5,280 nucleotides of DNA from Wigglesworthia glossinidia endosymbiont of Glossina brevipalpis (GTDB lineage: Bacteria > Pseudomonadota > Gammaproteobacteria > Enterobacterales > Enterobacteriaceae). Where the stretch lies: assembly GCA_000008885.1 (NCBI GenBank), contig AB063523.1, forward strand, positions 1 to 5,280. The letters are read 5' to 3'. Position numbers and translations under genes: made by a program. This document shows positions 5,170 through 5,280 of the stretch, piece after piece. Numbering within the stretch: position 1 is the stretch's first letter; each line of letters begins with the position of its first letter. The notes beneath the pieces were generated by a model. It was given only the letters and a program-made list of their open reading frames with translations, was not told the DNA's origin and ran no database searches.

Positions 5170-5280
5170 TCTAATTTTAAATCAAAAAAAATAAATTATT
5201 TTTAATTTAAATTATTTCATTGAAAATAAATTTATATGATTTTTATGAGTTATATTCATTAAAAATTTATATTTCTTTGA

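Noticed and set aside
1-5280. Searched for mobile-element ends, transposase, integrase, toxin-antitoxin, restriction-modification or other defence genes
   Set aside because: All ORFs longer than about 85 aa are accounted for by the six genes. The intergenic spacers are short (35-380 bp) and contain no terminal inverted repeats or additional coding potential that I can see.

Overview
This window looks like a complete small circular iteron-type plasmid from an extremely AT-rich, genome-reduced gammaproteobacterial insect endosymbiont (roughly four-fifths A+T by eye). From memory only, the gene set and the 5,280 bp length match plasmid pWb1/pWig1 of Wigglesworthia glossinidia, the tsetse symbiont; I have not verified this. 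There is one replication module: four 21-22 bp direct repeats (iterons) at 129-211 and a RepA initiator of the 'replication initiator protein A' type. The five cargo genes are chromosomal-type stress and envelope genes: speG (spermidine acetyltransferase), a TraT/YlpA-like outer-membrane lipoprotein, qmcA (SPFH/stomatin-like), mscS (mechanosensitive channel) and an ibpA/B-type small heat-shock protein. All genes read away from the iteron region: repA-speG on the + strand, and ibp-mscS-qmcA-traT on the - strand across the window junction. The two arms meet at a single TTAA (1882-1885) that supplies both stop codons. I see no transposase, mob/tra, partition, toxin-antitoxin, CRISPR, tRNA or rRNA, and no recognisable defence system. 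The points most worth follow-up are: (1) a tightly linked mscS-qmcA (channel plus stomatin) pair lacking the usual NfeD partner; (2) a TraT homolog whose Gly/Ala-rich hydrophobic core is replaced by a charged, His/Cys-containing segment, on a plasmid with no transfer genes; (3) a perfect 33-bp in-frame tandem duplication in qmcA; (4) a 3-codon mini-ORF with a Shine-Dalgarno (SD) sequence just upstream of an SD-less speG; (5) a sigma-32-like promoter on ibp, followed by a 19-bp-arm hairpin that leaves almost no room for an mscS promoter. All homology calls rest on my recollection of the E. coli protein sequences, not on a database search.
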